Source: Elusimicrobiota bacterium
GTDB taxonomy: Bacteria; Elusimicrobiota; Elusimicrobia; UBA1565; UBA9628
Length of the DNA: 60,443 nt
Direction: 5' to 3'
NCBI GenBank assembly: GCA_028714015.1
Contig: JAQTNG010000001.1
Span: 1 to 60,443 of the forward strand
Below the pieces are notes generated by a model. The model searched no databases, was not told where the DNA came from, and saw only the letters and a list, made by a program, of their open reading frames with translations. The translations under genes were made by a program, and so were the position numbers. Every line of letters begins with the position of its first letter. Positions within the stretch are counted from its first letter, which is position 1. This document shows positions 34,225 through 42,778 of this stretch, piece by piece.

Positions 34225-34733
34225 TAATACCCCCAGCCGACCGGCAGGCGCTCGCCGCCGACCAGGCCGATGTTGCCGACCAGCTTGGGCGTCAGCATCT
34301 GCAGGTAGAACTCGCCGTAGGGCGACTGCGTGAACTGGAACAGCATGGGGTCGTTCTTGACCGAGTCGGGCCAGCCGGTGCCCGTGCTGACTGGACCGAC
34401 CGAGGCGGACTCGGAGACCCCGAGGCCGGTGCTGTAGGTGCCGCCTTTGGCGCCCGGCGCGCGCAGCCCGCCGCGGGCCTTGACCCGCTTCCAGACGAAG
34501 TGGGCAGCGCAGTACAGGAACGCCAGTGTGGCCTCGTTCGTGGTGGGGGTGGCGCCCGCGGCTCCCAGCGGCGCGAGTGAGAACAGGGCCGCGTTGAAGT
34601 ACGCGCCGGAGGCCACGAGGTTCAGAGCGTTCTGGATCTCGTCCGGGGAGACGGCGTCGGTGCCCTTCCCGTAGGGGAAGTCGAGGGCGAACTGAGCCTG
34701 GAAGTCGGCGATCTGCGGTACGACGAAGCTCAT
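34224..34733 (-). CDS. head completion/connector protein (DUF4054-like), 169 aa
   Basis: SD GAGGGGGGG. First gene after the 34747-34789 terminator. Confidence 0.65.
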   Translation of the reverse strand: MSFVVPQIADFQAQFALDFPYGKGTDAVSPDEIQNALNLVASGAYFNAALFSLAPLGAAGATPTTNEATLAFLYCAAHFVWKRVKARGGLRAPGAKGGTYSTGLGVSESASVGPVSTGTGWPDSVKNDPMLFQFTQSPYGEFYLQMLTPKLVGNIGLVGGERLPVGWGY

Positions 34734-34746
34734 GGTCCCCCCCTCT

Positions 34747-34789
34747 GAAAAATTCGCCCGGGGCCGGTAGCCGACTCCGGCCCCGGGCG
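34747..34789 (-). terminator. intrinsic terminator-like hairpin (minus strand)
   Basis: 13-bp GC stem 34777-34789/34755-34767 with a 9-nt loop, followed by AATTTTTC. Lies downstream of the capsid genes. Confidence 0.6.
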
Positions 34790-34810
34790 TTTCGCGCTGC
34801 GGATCTCCGT

Positions 34811-35077
34811 CTACTTCTTCTTCGGGTCGGTCGGCTCGACCGGCGCCGCCTTGCCGGAGACGCCGGTGCCGGCGGGCACGGGAGTGGCCCCCGCGGGGCC
34901 CTTCACCTGCACGCCTTCCTTGATCTGCACGATGTCCCGGTACTTGAGGAGCTTGGCGCCCTCCTCGTCGGACACCGACAGGGTCGTGCCGCCCGCGAAG
35001 ACGCGGGGCTTGCCGCCTTTCACGGCGGGGGCCAAGTGGAACGGCCCGGTGCGCTTGTTCAGCAGAAGCATCGTCAT
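34811..35077 (-). CDS. small protein downstream of major capsid, 88 aa
   Basis: Clean ORF with a Lys/Pro-rich tail. Confidence 0.7.
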   Translation of the reverse strand: MTMLLLNKRTGPFHLAPAVKGGKPRVFAGGTTLSVSDEEGAKLLKYRDIVQIKEGVQVKGPAGATPVPAGTGVSGKAAPVEPTDPKKK

Positions 35078-35090
35078 GGTCTTGTCTCCT

Positions 35091-36257
35091 TTACGCCGCG
35101 GGGTAGTCGAGGTACAGGACTTCGGGCACGCGGTAGATGCGGCCGCCGCCGAAGCGCAGGAACGCGACGCCGTTCCAGTTGAACCCGTCGGCCGACATCG
35201 CCGGATTCAGGGTGAAGTCGATGGGCACGTCCATCTTCACCGTCAGGCCGTCGCCGGAGCCGACGCCGAGCCGCGCGGAGTTGTAGAGGACGTAGCGGTT
35301 CGTGCCGTCGGCGTTCCAGAAGCCGGCGTTGCGCTCGGCCATGCCGTAGCGCGAGGGCAGGATGCGGAAGCCCTCGTTGCCGGTCAGCTCCTTGAACACG
35401 GTCAGCATGTACTTGATCATCGTGCCGATCGGGAACGAGGACGACGTCGCCGCGCCCAGCCCCATGAAGTCGTCGTAGGGGATCAGGAACGTGTCGGGGG
35501 TCGCCGTGTAGTTGGCGTTCGCGGAGTACGCGGCCAGCAGCCCGGCCACGAAGGCCTGGAAGGCCGCCGGGTCCGCGCTCAGGGACGACAGCGGCGCCGT
35601 GATCAGGCTGGTGTTCACGGTGACGTCCGCGCTCGAGTAGAGCCCGGGGTAGTCGGTCAGGTCGGTCTCGAGGCCCAGGAAGGCCACGTCCTGCAGGCCC
35701 AGGCTGGACAGCTTGCGCAGGGCCTTCATGCGGGCGGTGATGAGGTCGAAGTTGTTCGCCGCCAGCGCCTGGTTGACCTCGTCGATCGCGTAGCCGTAGC
35801 CGCCCTTCCACGTCTTGATCGCGGCCCGGAACGGGTACAGCGCGACGTCGACGCGGGGGATGTTGGTCGGACCCGCGTTGTCCGCGGGGCCGGTGCCCGC
35901 GGCGAACGTGCCGCCGATGATGCCGGTGGCGTTCGTGATGATCTCGTTCTGCCAGCCGCCGGTGCCCTTGTCCACGGACATGAAGTCCGGGATCGACACC
36001 TCGTAGAACTTCTGGGAGAGGATGGACGAGCGGATGAAGCTCGTCGACTCCATGAAGTACTGCACGGCGAGGCTCGAGCTGTCGACCGAGCCGTCGCTGT
36101 TGAGGCGCACGGGCATCCCGGCCTGCAGCTGCATGCCCGGGCGCCACTTGAAGCGGCGCGCGGGCATCTTCGGACCGGCGGTCCGGCGCCCGAACTCGGA
36201 GGAGTTCTGGTACTCGTGCAGATCGCGGACGATCCGCGTGACGATGTCGTCTTGCAT
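35091..36257 (-). CDS. major capsid protein (DUF2184-like, HK97 fold expected), 388 aa
   Basis: Strong SD AAGGAGA. Size and position after the scaffold and decoration genes. Confidence 0.8.
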   Translation of the reverse strand: MQDDIVTRIVRDLHEYQNSSEFGRRTAGPKMPARRFKWRPGMQLQAGMPVRLNSDGSVDSSSLAVQYFMESTSFIRSSILSQKFYEVSIPDFMSVDKGTGGWQNEIITNATGIIGGTFAAGTGPADNAGPTNIPRVDVALYPFRAAIKTWKGGYGYAIDEVNQALAANNFDLITARMKALRKLSSLGLQDVAFLGLETDLTDYPGLYSSADVTVNTSLITAPLSSLSADPAAFQAFVAGLLAAYSANANYTATPDTFLIPYDDFMGLGAATSSSFPIGTMIKYMLTVFKELTGNEGFRILPSRYGMAERNAGFWNADGTNRYVLYNSARLGVGSGDGLTVKMDVPIDFTLNPAMSADGFNWNGVAFLRFGGGRIYRVPEVLYLDYPAA

Positions 36258-36279
36258 GTTCGTGGTTCTCCTTTCCGGG

Positions 36280-36768
36280 TTAGGCGGCGGTGTACGGAGC
36301 GGCGAGCAGCGCCATGCGGAACAGGGCGCCGGAAGCCGCGGGATCGAGGGCCTGGGCGATCTGCTTGCCCGCGGCGACGGCGATCATGCTGATCGCCCCC
36401 GTCGTGTTGTACTGCAGGTACTCGCCGAGGGTGATCGCCTCGCCGGCCACGTGCCAGATGATCGGGTTGCCGCCCACGCCGGGGATGGCGACCTTGACCT
36501 GGTCGTAGGACGTCAACGAGTTCTTGCGCACCGTGTAGATGCACATGCCCCACGGGATGTCCGAGTACGCGGCCTTCTTGACCTGCCAGACGCCCGGCAC
36601 GGTCGCGGCCGTGTCCAGGATGACGGGCACGCCGGGCTGGATGGTGCCCGACTCGTTGGGGCTGACGATCGCGTCCAGGATCGTCGCCGTCCCCGGCTGG
36701 TTGAAGTCCAGCATGCCGAGGATCGGAGTGATGCGCTCCTGGTTGGTGATGTTGATCTGGGAACCCAT
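36280..36768 (-). CDS. head decoration/structural protein, 162 aa
   Basis: SD AGAGGAGA. Lies between scaffold/protease and capsid. Confidence 0.7.
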   Translation of the reverse strand: MGSQINITNQERITPILGMLDFNQPGTATILDAIVSPNESGTIQPGVPVILDTAATVPGVWQVKKAAYSDIPWGMCIYTVRKNSLTSYDQVKVAIPGVGGNPIIWHVAGEAITLGEYLQYNTTGAISMIAVAAGKQIAQALDPAASGALFRMALLAAPYTAA

Positions 36769-36796
36769 GTGGTTGTCTCCTCTGGTGTGCTGGTCT

Positions 36797-38068
36797 TTAC
36801 GGCTTCAGAGCGAAGTCTTCGTTGCCGCGGCGGATGCGGTCCTCGACGGCGACGAAGCCCTGGTCTTCCGGCTGCCCGCCGAGCGGGGCGAAGCGGGCGT
36901 GCGCGGCCTCGCGCAGCTCGCGCGACGGCGCGCCCTTGAGCTTGGTCAGCTCCTCGGTCAGGGAGTTCAGCCGCTCCTTCAGCGAGCTGATCTCCTTGCC
37001 CGCCTCGAGCGCCTTGTCGGGGTTGTCGTCGACGCCGTCGATCTTCTCGGAGCCCGCGCCCGCGAGCTTGCCTGACTTCTCGGCCCCGGCGCCGGCGAGC
37101 TGGACGTCGTTCTTGCGGGCCTTGGCGGCGTTCTCGCGCGCGACCTTCTCCTTCTCCTCCTTCTCCTTGTCCTCGGCGTTCTTCTTGACCGAGTTGCGGT
37201 AGGAGTTCTTGAGGTCGCCCGCCTTGTAGCGCTTGCCCTCGAACTCGACCTCGTCGTCGTCGGCGCAGGTCATGATGTCGGACGGCGCGCTGGCCGCGTT
37301 GTGCTTGGCGACCAGGTCGGCGATGCCGACCGGGGAGCCGTCCACGTCCATCTTCATGGCGGCGCCTTCGGCCGCGTTGAGGCGCAGCACTTCGGCTTCC
37401 TTCTTGCGGGTGATCAGGTCGGACAGTTTCCAGGCCATCTTGTACCCTCCGTGTTCCGTCGAGTTGGCCCGAATCCGGGCTTTTTCGTAGCGCGGGTTTT
37501 TGACCAGCGCTAAGTGGTTCATCACGCCGTCCAAAATCCGGTCCGTATAGTCGATCGTGTGGTACTTGCCGCCCTTGCCGTCGGTCTCGGTCTCGGTGTA
37601 GGCGCACGAGACGGACCAGTCGCCGGACTCGGCGTGCTCGATGGACGACTTCGTCCACAGCACGAAGCCCGCGTGCCACCAGCCGTCGCCGTCCTTCCAG
37701 ACGTCGTAGACGACGCCGTCGCCCTGGCCGTCGCCGAGGATCTCCGGCCAGACCTCGGCGTGGTCCCAGTCGATGACGGGCTTGCCGATGAGAGTCTTGG
37801 CCAGACGGGCGATCGCGTCGGCCTCGAGGAGGACCCACTCGTCCGGGTTGCCGTTCTGGCCGCGGTACTTGACGATGCCCGGCTCGATGAAGTTGGCGGC
37901 GAAGCGCTTGGCCCACGGCGCGGCGTTGAGGTTCTCGCGCACCTGGTCGTCGCTGACCGGGCTCGGCATCCCGGGCATGCCGGGGAGCAGGCCGGAGTTG
38001 TCCCGCAGCAGGGAAGGCGGGAGCCCCGGATCCTGCGGCCCGATGATGTGTCGAGAGAGTTCAAACAT
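36797..38068 (-). CDS. prohead scaffold/protease-type protein (DUF2213-like), 423 aa
   Basis: Globular N-domain followed by a Lys/Glu-rich helical C-terminal half (scaffold-like). The start codon has no clear SD. Confidence 0.7.
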   Translation of the reverse strand: MFELSRHIIGPQDPGLPPSLLRDNSGLLPGMPGMPSPVSDDQVRENLNAAPWAKRFAANFIEPGIVKYRGQNGNPDEWVLLEADAIARLAKTLIGKPVIDWDHAEVWPEILGDGQGDGVVYDVWKDGDGWWHAGFVLWTKSSIEHAESGDWSVSCAYTETETDGKGGKYHTIDYTDRILDGVMNHLALVKNPRYEKARIRANSTEHGGYKMAWKLSDLITRKKEAEVLRLNAAEGAAMKMDVDGSPVGIADLVAKHNAASAPSDIMTCADDDEVEFEGKRYKAGDLKNSYRNSVKKNAEDKEKEEKEKVARENAAKARKNDVQLAGAGAEKSGKLAGAGSEKIDGVDDNPDKALEAGKEISSLKERLNSLTEELTKLKGAPSRELREAAHARFAPLGGQPEDQGFVAVEDRIRRGNEDFALKP

Positions 38069-38074
38069 AGGTAT

Positions 38075-38110
38075 AAAAAAATGGACCCCGGCAGTTTCTG
38101 CCAGGGTCCA
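38075..38110 (-). terminator. intrinsic terminator (minus strand)
   Basis: 13-bp stem with one G-U pair (38098-38110/38082-38094), followed by T7 (38075-38081). Confidence 0.7.
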
Positions 38111-38145
38111 GTCACGGATGCCTGTGGAAGCCTAGGGTCCGTCGT

Positions 38146-38346
38146 TTAGAAGGAGAAGTTCCCGCCGCCTCCTTTGGCCTCGCCGCACTTGACGTGCAGC
38201 GTGAGCTGGATGGTGCCCTTGCGGGCGAAGGCGTCCACGGCGATTTCGATGAACTTCATCAGATGTTCATTATTATGAGCCATCGCCACGAATTTGTCAA
38301 CAGCTTCCTGCTTCTCGCGCGCGTTTGTCGTCGGAGAAAGGATCAC
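38146..38346 (-). CDS. small hypothetical protein, 66 aa
   Basis: GTG 38346 overlaps the upstream TGA (GTGA). The C-terminal half MKFIEIAVDAFARKGTIQLTLHVKCGEAKGGGGNFSF looks genuine. Confidence 0.5.
   Translation of the reverse strand: MILSPTTNAREKQEAVDKFVAMAHNNEHLMKFIEIAVDAFARKGTIQLTLHVKCGEAKGGGGNFSF
38272..38300 (-). promoter_or_regulatory. internal promoter P5 (TTGACA-17 nt-CATAAT)
   Basis: TTGACA at 38300-38295 and CATAAT at 38277-38272, inside the 38146..38346 gene. Same geometry as the intergenic promoters. Confidence 0.45.
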
Positions 38347-38675
38347 GGCCGCCCCAGGCGCAGGACGAGGTCGAGATGGAACGCGCGCGGTTTCGTGTAG
38401 AGCCAGAGTCGCCAGCCGATGCACGGGCGTCGAGGATTATCCTGGAACATCCACTCGAGCCGCACGACCGTCAGCGCGACGGGTCGCCCCCAGGTAAACG
38501 TCGTGGGCTGTCCGTGGTTCGCGTCGACCAGCGAGCCCGTGTGGATGCTGACGTCGGACCGAAGCAGCATCAGAATCTGGCCCCAGCTCCCGAGGCGCTC
38601 GACATCCCGGACGTAGCGGCGGCGTCTTGCCGCTTCGCGCTGGAGTAGAGGCTGGAACCAAGTGGCCGTGGTCAC
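38343..38675 (-). CDS. hypothetical Trp-rich protein, 110 aa
   Basis: ATG 38675 overlaps the TGA of the Mu-F-like gene (ATGA). Confidence 0.6.
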   Translation of the reverse strand: MTTATWFQPLLQREAARRRRYVRDVERLGSWGQILMLLRSDVSIHTGSLVDANHGQPTTFTWGRPVALTVVRLEWMFQDNPRRPCIGWRLWLYTKPRAFHLDLVLRLGRP

Positions 38676-39724
38676 GACGGCTCCTTGACGTACACGTCGC
38701 CGATCTTAAACTTCGCGTTGTAGGCGGTGTCGACCAGCGGACGCGCGACGCAGCGGCAGTTGTAGTCCTCGTGCGGGTTGCAGTTTCGGCCGCAGCTCAT
38801 GTGCTTGGCCGGCGCGCCCTCGGCCCAGCTGAAGATCCGACCCTGCAGCTGCTGGTGGCCGAGCCGCACGTCGCAGTCCTTGGACGTGTCCCACACGTAG
38901 CGCGGCACGCCGACGCTGACGAACTGCTCCTTGTGGTACTGCGCCATGAACAGGCCCGTCTCCTGGCGCGCGAGGAAACGGGCTTTGCTCTGCGCGACCT
39001 CGTAGCGCGCGGACAGGCGCGCGGCAAGCGTGGACGCGCGGGCGCCGGAGCGCACGTTCGCCTCGACCTGGCGGCGCAGGCGCACGACGTCGTCGGCGAC
39101 CCAGTTCTTGACCCACAGCTGCATGTTCTGGGTGTAGGCCGCGCTCAGGCGCGCGCGGGCGGCGCGATCCGGTTTGACGAACGGGATGCCGACGCGGCGC
39201 ACGACGTCTTGAAAGCCCTCAGTGACGCGCGTGGTGGCCTGCTCGGCCCGCAGCTCCAGAGGGTTGAGCCGCGCGACGGCCTGATCCACTTGGCCCTGGA
39301 CCCCGAGCAGGAACTGCTCCATGCGCTGGTGGGCGCGCTCACACGCCGAGGCGTGGGCGGCCCCGGCGGCCAGGACCTCGGTGGGGACCTCCTCCGGCTT
39401 CAGACGGTAGACGCGCTCCCTGGAGTCGAAGGTGGCCCCGAGCGCGCGCAGCGCGCGGCCCAGGGCTGCGTTGGACTCCCCGGAGAAGATCCCGCGGCCC
39501 TGCGCGTCCACGCTGTACTGGAGCCGCCCGGAGCGCAGGGCCTTGACCAGTGACGTGCGGTCGGACGCGGCCGAGTTCTCGTACTCCAGCCGCCGTCCGA
39601 CCTCCTCGCGCCAAATCTGCGCGAGGGGTCGGAACAGCAGCTCGGTGATGAAGCGGTGCAGCCCCGCCTCGACCGGCGCGTAGTCGGTTTGGAGGAGGCG
39701 CTGCCCCGGGAGGATCTGGCTCAC
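38672..39724 (-). CDS. head morphogenesis protein (SPP1 gp7 / Mu F-like), 350 aa
   Basis: ARQETGLFMAQYHKEQFVSVGVPRYVWDTSKDCDVRLGHQQLQGRIFSW matches the Mu-F core by eye. GTG start coupled to the upstream stop. Confidence 0.8.
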   Translation of the reverse strand: MSQILPGQRLLQTDYAPVEAGLHRFITELLFRPLAQIWREEVGRRLEYENSAASDRTSLVKALRSGRLQYSVDAQGRGIFSGESNAALGRALRALGATFDSRERVYRLKPEEVPTEVLAAGAAHASACERAHQRMEQFLLGVQGQVDQAVARLNPLELRAEQATTRVTEGFQDVVRRVGIPFVKPDRAARARLSAAYTQNMQLWVKNWVADDVVRLRRQVEANVRSGARASTLAARLSARYEVAQSKARFLARQETGLFMAQYHKEQFVSVGVPRYVWDTSKDCDVRLGHQQLQGRIFSWAEGAPAKHMSCGRNCNPHEDYNCRCVARPLVDTAYNAKFKIGDVYVKEPS

Positions 39725-40104
39725 GCGGCGGGCGTGTCCTTCGGCGCTTCGGGGTCGGAGGCTCCCTGGCCGGGACGATCCGGCTGGGGAGCGGCGGGAG
39801 CGTCGGCCGCGGGCGCGGCCGCCTCCGGCGCGGGAGCCGGCTGCTCGGGCTCCGGGTCGCTCTTGGCGATCGGGCGGTTCAGCATGCCCGCCAGCACGGT
39901 CGCCTTGTAGAACTCGAGCATGCCCAGGTGCATCACGTGATCCATCGGCGTCGCCTGGGACTTGAGGTTGCCCGTCAGCAGGTCCAGCTCGATGTGGATC
40001 ACGCGCTTCGTGAGTCCCGCCTTCTTGGCTTCGTCCTGCATCGTGCGCAGCGCGGCCGGGTCCATCCGGCCCGCCTTGAGGATTTCGTCGAGCGTCTTCG
40101 CCAT
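39721..40104 (-). CDS. hypothetical protein with Pro/Ala-rich tail, 127 aa
   Basis: ATG 40104 follows GAAGGGGGG. Confidence 0.65.
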   Translation of the reverse strand: MAKTLDEILKAGRMDPAALRTMQDEAKKAGLTKRVIHIELDLLTGNLKSQATPMDHVMHLGMLEFYKATVLAGMLNRPIAKSDPEPEQPAPAPEAAAPAADAPAAPQPDRPGQGASDPEAPKDTPAA

Positions 40105-40136
40105 GGTGAGTCCCCCCTTCCTGTTTGGTTCGTGCG

Positions 40137-42302
40137 TCAGAGCGTCTCGACGACCTGCTCCGGCTTCGGCGGCCCGGCGATGACGTCGCCGCACGCCTCG
40201 CAGCGCCAGCCGTCCGTGGTCTCCTGCGTGGCGATGGTCTCCGTGCTGGAGCCGCCCGCGTTGCAGAGCAGGACCGGGAACGCGCCGTTCATCCGGTCCG
40301 GGTACATGTGCCCGTGGTCGCCGGCGTCGTTGCGCCGGTGGACGAGCTGGACCTCGTGTGCAGCGTGGGCGCCGCCGGGCTCTCGGTCCGCGGCGGTGAC
40401 GGGCTGCCCGCAGGTCAGGCACCACCACTCCTTCTCCCCGGCCGCGTTCTTCTTCGGGCCGATGCCGTGCTCCGTGCCGTGCGGGTCGATCGCCGCGCAC
40501 TTGGGGCACTGGACGTCGTCGCACGTGTCGGGATCGTGCGGGCCGGCCGCGTTGGACTTCGGGTGCGCCTTGAAGTACTCGACGTCGCCCTCGTGCTTGG
40601 CCGCGGCCTCGTGGCTCTCGAAGGTGCCGAGGTTCTTGCCCTCGTGGGACAGGAGGCGGTACTCGTGTTCGCCGAGCTTCTCGATCGTGTTGCGGCGCTC
40701 GCCGGCGTTCTTCCGGTCCATTCCGTAAACGGTTTGATCGCTGCCCACCAGGCCTTCGCGGCAGGCCGCGCCCATGGCATTCTGAGCGATCGTCGAAGAG
40801 AAACCCGCGGCGACGAGCTTGTTTTTCGCTCGATCAAACGGCAGGTCCTTGAACATGTGGAGGTTGCTCTTGATGAAATCGTAGGCCTCCTGCGGCGAGG
40901 TCCCGTTCTTCTTCTCAAGCTCGCTGACCTCGTGCGCGATCCCCTCGACGTGGCGCTCGATCTCGGCGACGTCGCCGCCGGCGTCGTTCTTTTTCCCGGT
41001 CGCGCAGCCCGGCTTGTGCCCCGTCCAGCCGCCCTTGCCGTCCGCGGTCATGGCGTTGCCGCACTCGTTGCAGGTGGCGCTGCCGTTCTTTCGTTCGGGA
41101 TGACGGTCGAGGTAGTCCAGGCACTTCGGGCAGTTTACCTGTCCCGAGCTCTTGGCCAACAGGGCCCCGTCGTTCGTCGTCTTGCCGCACGCCGGCTGCG
41201 TGCCGAGGGCATGGTGCCATACGGTGTCGGCGTTCTCGCGGCCCTCGGGGGGGTGGACCGCGCCGTGCGAGTCGGTGAACGGCGAGTTCACGAACTCGGC
41301 GTCCTCGACGTCGTCGCCGGGCACGAGCTGCGACAGGTCGAGCTTGCCGCCGTCCACCACGAAGACGCGGTGCTTCGAGCCGTCCTCGCCGTAGAAGTCG
41401 TATCCGTCGCCCGTCAGCGCGTCCTTGATGTCGAGCCCCAGCTCCTCCTGCAGCTCGCGGGCGACCGCGGACTCGGCGTCCTCGCCGTTCTCGAGGTGGC
41501 CGCCGGGCAAGAGCGAGCGGCCGTCCTTCTGGCGCGCCGCGATGATGGTGCCGTCGTTCTGGCGGATGAGCGCGCGGGCGGTGAGTGGCTCGGCGTTGTC
41601 CCTGGTGGACAATCCGCCGGCGCCGGCCACGGTGCCGGCCTTCGGGTACACGTGGCCGCAGTGCTCGCAGACGTCCTTTCCGCCCACGATCTTGACGTTG
41701 TGGGGCTCCTGGACGCCCTTGCGGTCGCAGATCGGGCAGTCGGGGTTGGCAGCGTTCATGCGCTCGACACCGGGCTCGATCCCCAGGTCCGCCCCCAGCA
41801 GTCGCAGGTCCTCGAGGGCCTGGGCGACCTCGGCCTCGCGGGCCGGGCGCTCGTGCGCGGGGGCGTTGGGAAGGTCCGCGCGGCGCGCGGCCAGGGCGTT
41901 CTCCAGGACGTGGTACTGCGCCACGGCCTCGGCGTTGTTGCGGCGCTCGATGTTGCGCGGGAAGCCCAGCGCGACGACGTCGCCCATGGACTTCGGCACG
42001 TCGCGCCACGCCCAGGAGGCCACGCTCTCGGCCGGGCGCAGCAGGTCCATTTCCATCTTCTCGACGTCGACCGGGTACACGGCGACGACCTCGTTGCCGA
42101 CGCGGGCCTGGAAGCCCTCCTTGATCGCGTCCTCGGGAGCGCTGAAGCCGAAGAACTCCTCGAGCGCGCGCTTGGCGGCGGCCCGGGCGTCTTCGCCGCT
42201 CTTGAGCTGCGTCGCGGGCAGGACCTCCTCGTCGGCCGAGTTCCTCAGCTCGAGGTGCTGGCCCTGACGGTTCACCAGCAGCGGCATCGCTTTCGTGATC
42301 AT
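40137..42302 (-). CDS. Nudix hydrolase domain protein with several zinc ribbons, 721 aa
   Basis: Perfect Nudix box GHLENGEDAESAVARELQEELGL (aa 268-290, nt 41433-41501). CxxC pairs include CPIC/CEHC, CPKC/CNEC, CPKC/CLTC and CEAC. A degenerate Nudix-like region lies at the N-terminus. Confidence 0.8.
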   Translation of the reverse strand: MITKAMPLLVNRQGQHLELRNSADEEVLPATQLKSGEDARAAAKRALEEFFGFSAPEDAIKEGFQARVGNEVVAVYPVDVEKMEMDLLRPAESVASWAWRDVPKSMGDVVALGFPRNIERRNNAEAVAQYHVLENALAARRADLPNAPAHERPAREAEVAQALEDLRLLGADLGIEPGVERMNAANPDCPICDRKGVQEPHNVKIVGGKDVCEHCGHVYPKAGTVAGAGGLSTRDNAEPLTARALIRQNDGTIIAARQKDGRSLLPGGHLENGEDAESAVARELQEELGLDIKDALTGDGYDFYGEDGSKHRVFVVDGGKLDLSQLVPGDDVEDAEFVNSPFTDSHGAVHPPEGRENADTVWHHALGTQPACGKTTNDGALLAKSSGQVNCPKCLDYLDRHPERKNGSATCNECGNAMTADGKGGWTGHKPGCATGKKNDAGGDVAEIERHVEGIAHEVSELEKKNGTSPQEAYDFIKSNLHMFKDLPFDRAKNKLVAAGFSSTIAQNAMGAACREGLVGSDQTVYGMDRKNAGERRNTIEKLGEHEYRLLSHEGKNLGTFESHEAAAKHEGDVEYFKAHPKSNAAGPHDPDTCDDVQCPKCAAIDPHGTEHGIGPKKNAAGEKEWWCLTCGQPVTAADREPGGAHAAHEVQLVHRRNDAGDHGHMYPDRMNGAFPVLLCNAGGSSTETIATQETTDGWRCEACGDVIAGPPKPEQVVETL

Positions 42303-42384
42303 GGTCTGTTCCTCGCTTGCGTCAAAGTGGCCGCGCGCCCCGGGGTGGACGACTCCCGGCTGGATACGCGCGGCGGTGAATACC

Positions 42385-42708
42385 TTACGCCGGCACGCCC
42401 GCCTTTTCGAGCTGCTTCTTCTGCGTGAAGTCCCGGATCTCCGCTTCCAGCACGTCGTGGGCCACCTTGATGGCCTTGCGCCGCTTCTCTTCCGCCACCT
42501 TCACCTTCTCCTGGAAGCCGTCCTTGAGGCTGTCCACGATCGCCGCCTTCTCGAGCTGCAGGGGCTTGATCTGGTCGTCGTACTTCTTCTCCGTCGCCGC
42601 GATCTTCTGGCTCAGCTCCGCGCGGGCGGGCTTGATCTCCTGATCGTAGGCTTCGTTGATCTGGCGGTGCTGCTCGTTGTACGCGTTCCACGCCGGGTTC
42701 TTGCTCAT
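42385..42708 (-). CDS. coiled-coil protein, 107 aa
   Basis: SD AAGGAG. Lys/Glu/Ala-rich helical sequence. Confidence 0.75.
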   Translation of the reverse strand: MSKNPAWNAYNEQHRQINEAYDQEIKPARAELSQKIAATEKKYDDQIKPLQLEKAAIVDSLKDGFQEKVKVAEEKRRKAIKVAHDVLEAEIRDFTQKKQLEKAGVPA

Positions 42709-42778
42709 GCTCTGGCTCCTTGCATTTTCGTCTGTCCGCCCCCGCGCTCTGCGGGCTTTGACGCTGGCGGAAATCGTG

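Noticed and set aside
42153-42302. The N-terminal region of the 721-aa protein, considered as a second active Nudix domain.
   Set aside because: The box-like stretch SGEDARAAAKRALEEFFGF lacks the REUXEE glutamates in register. It is noted only as degenerate.
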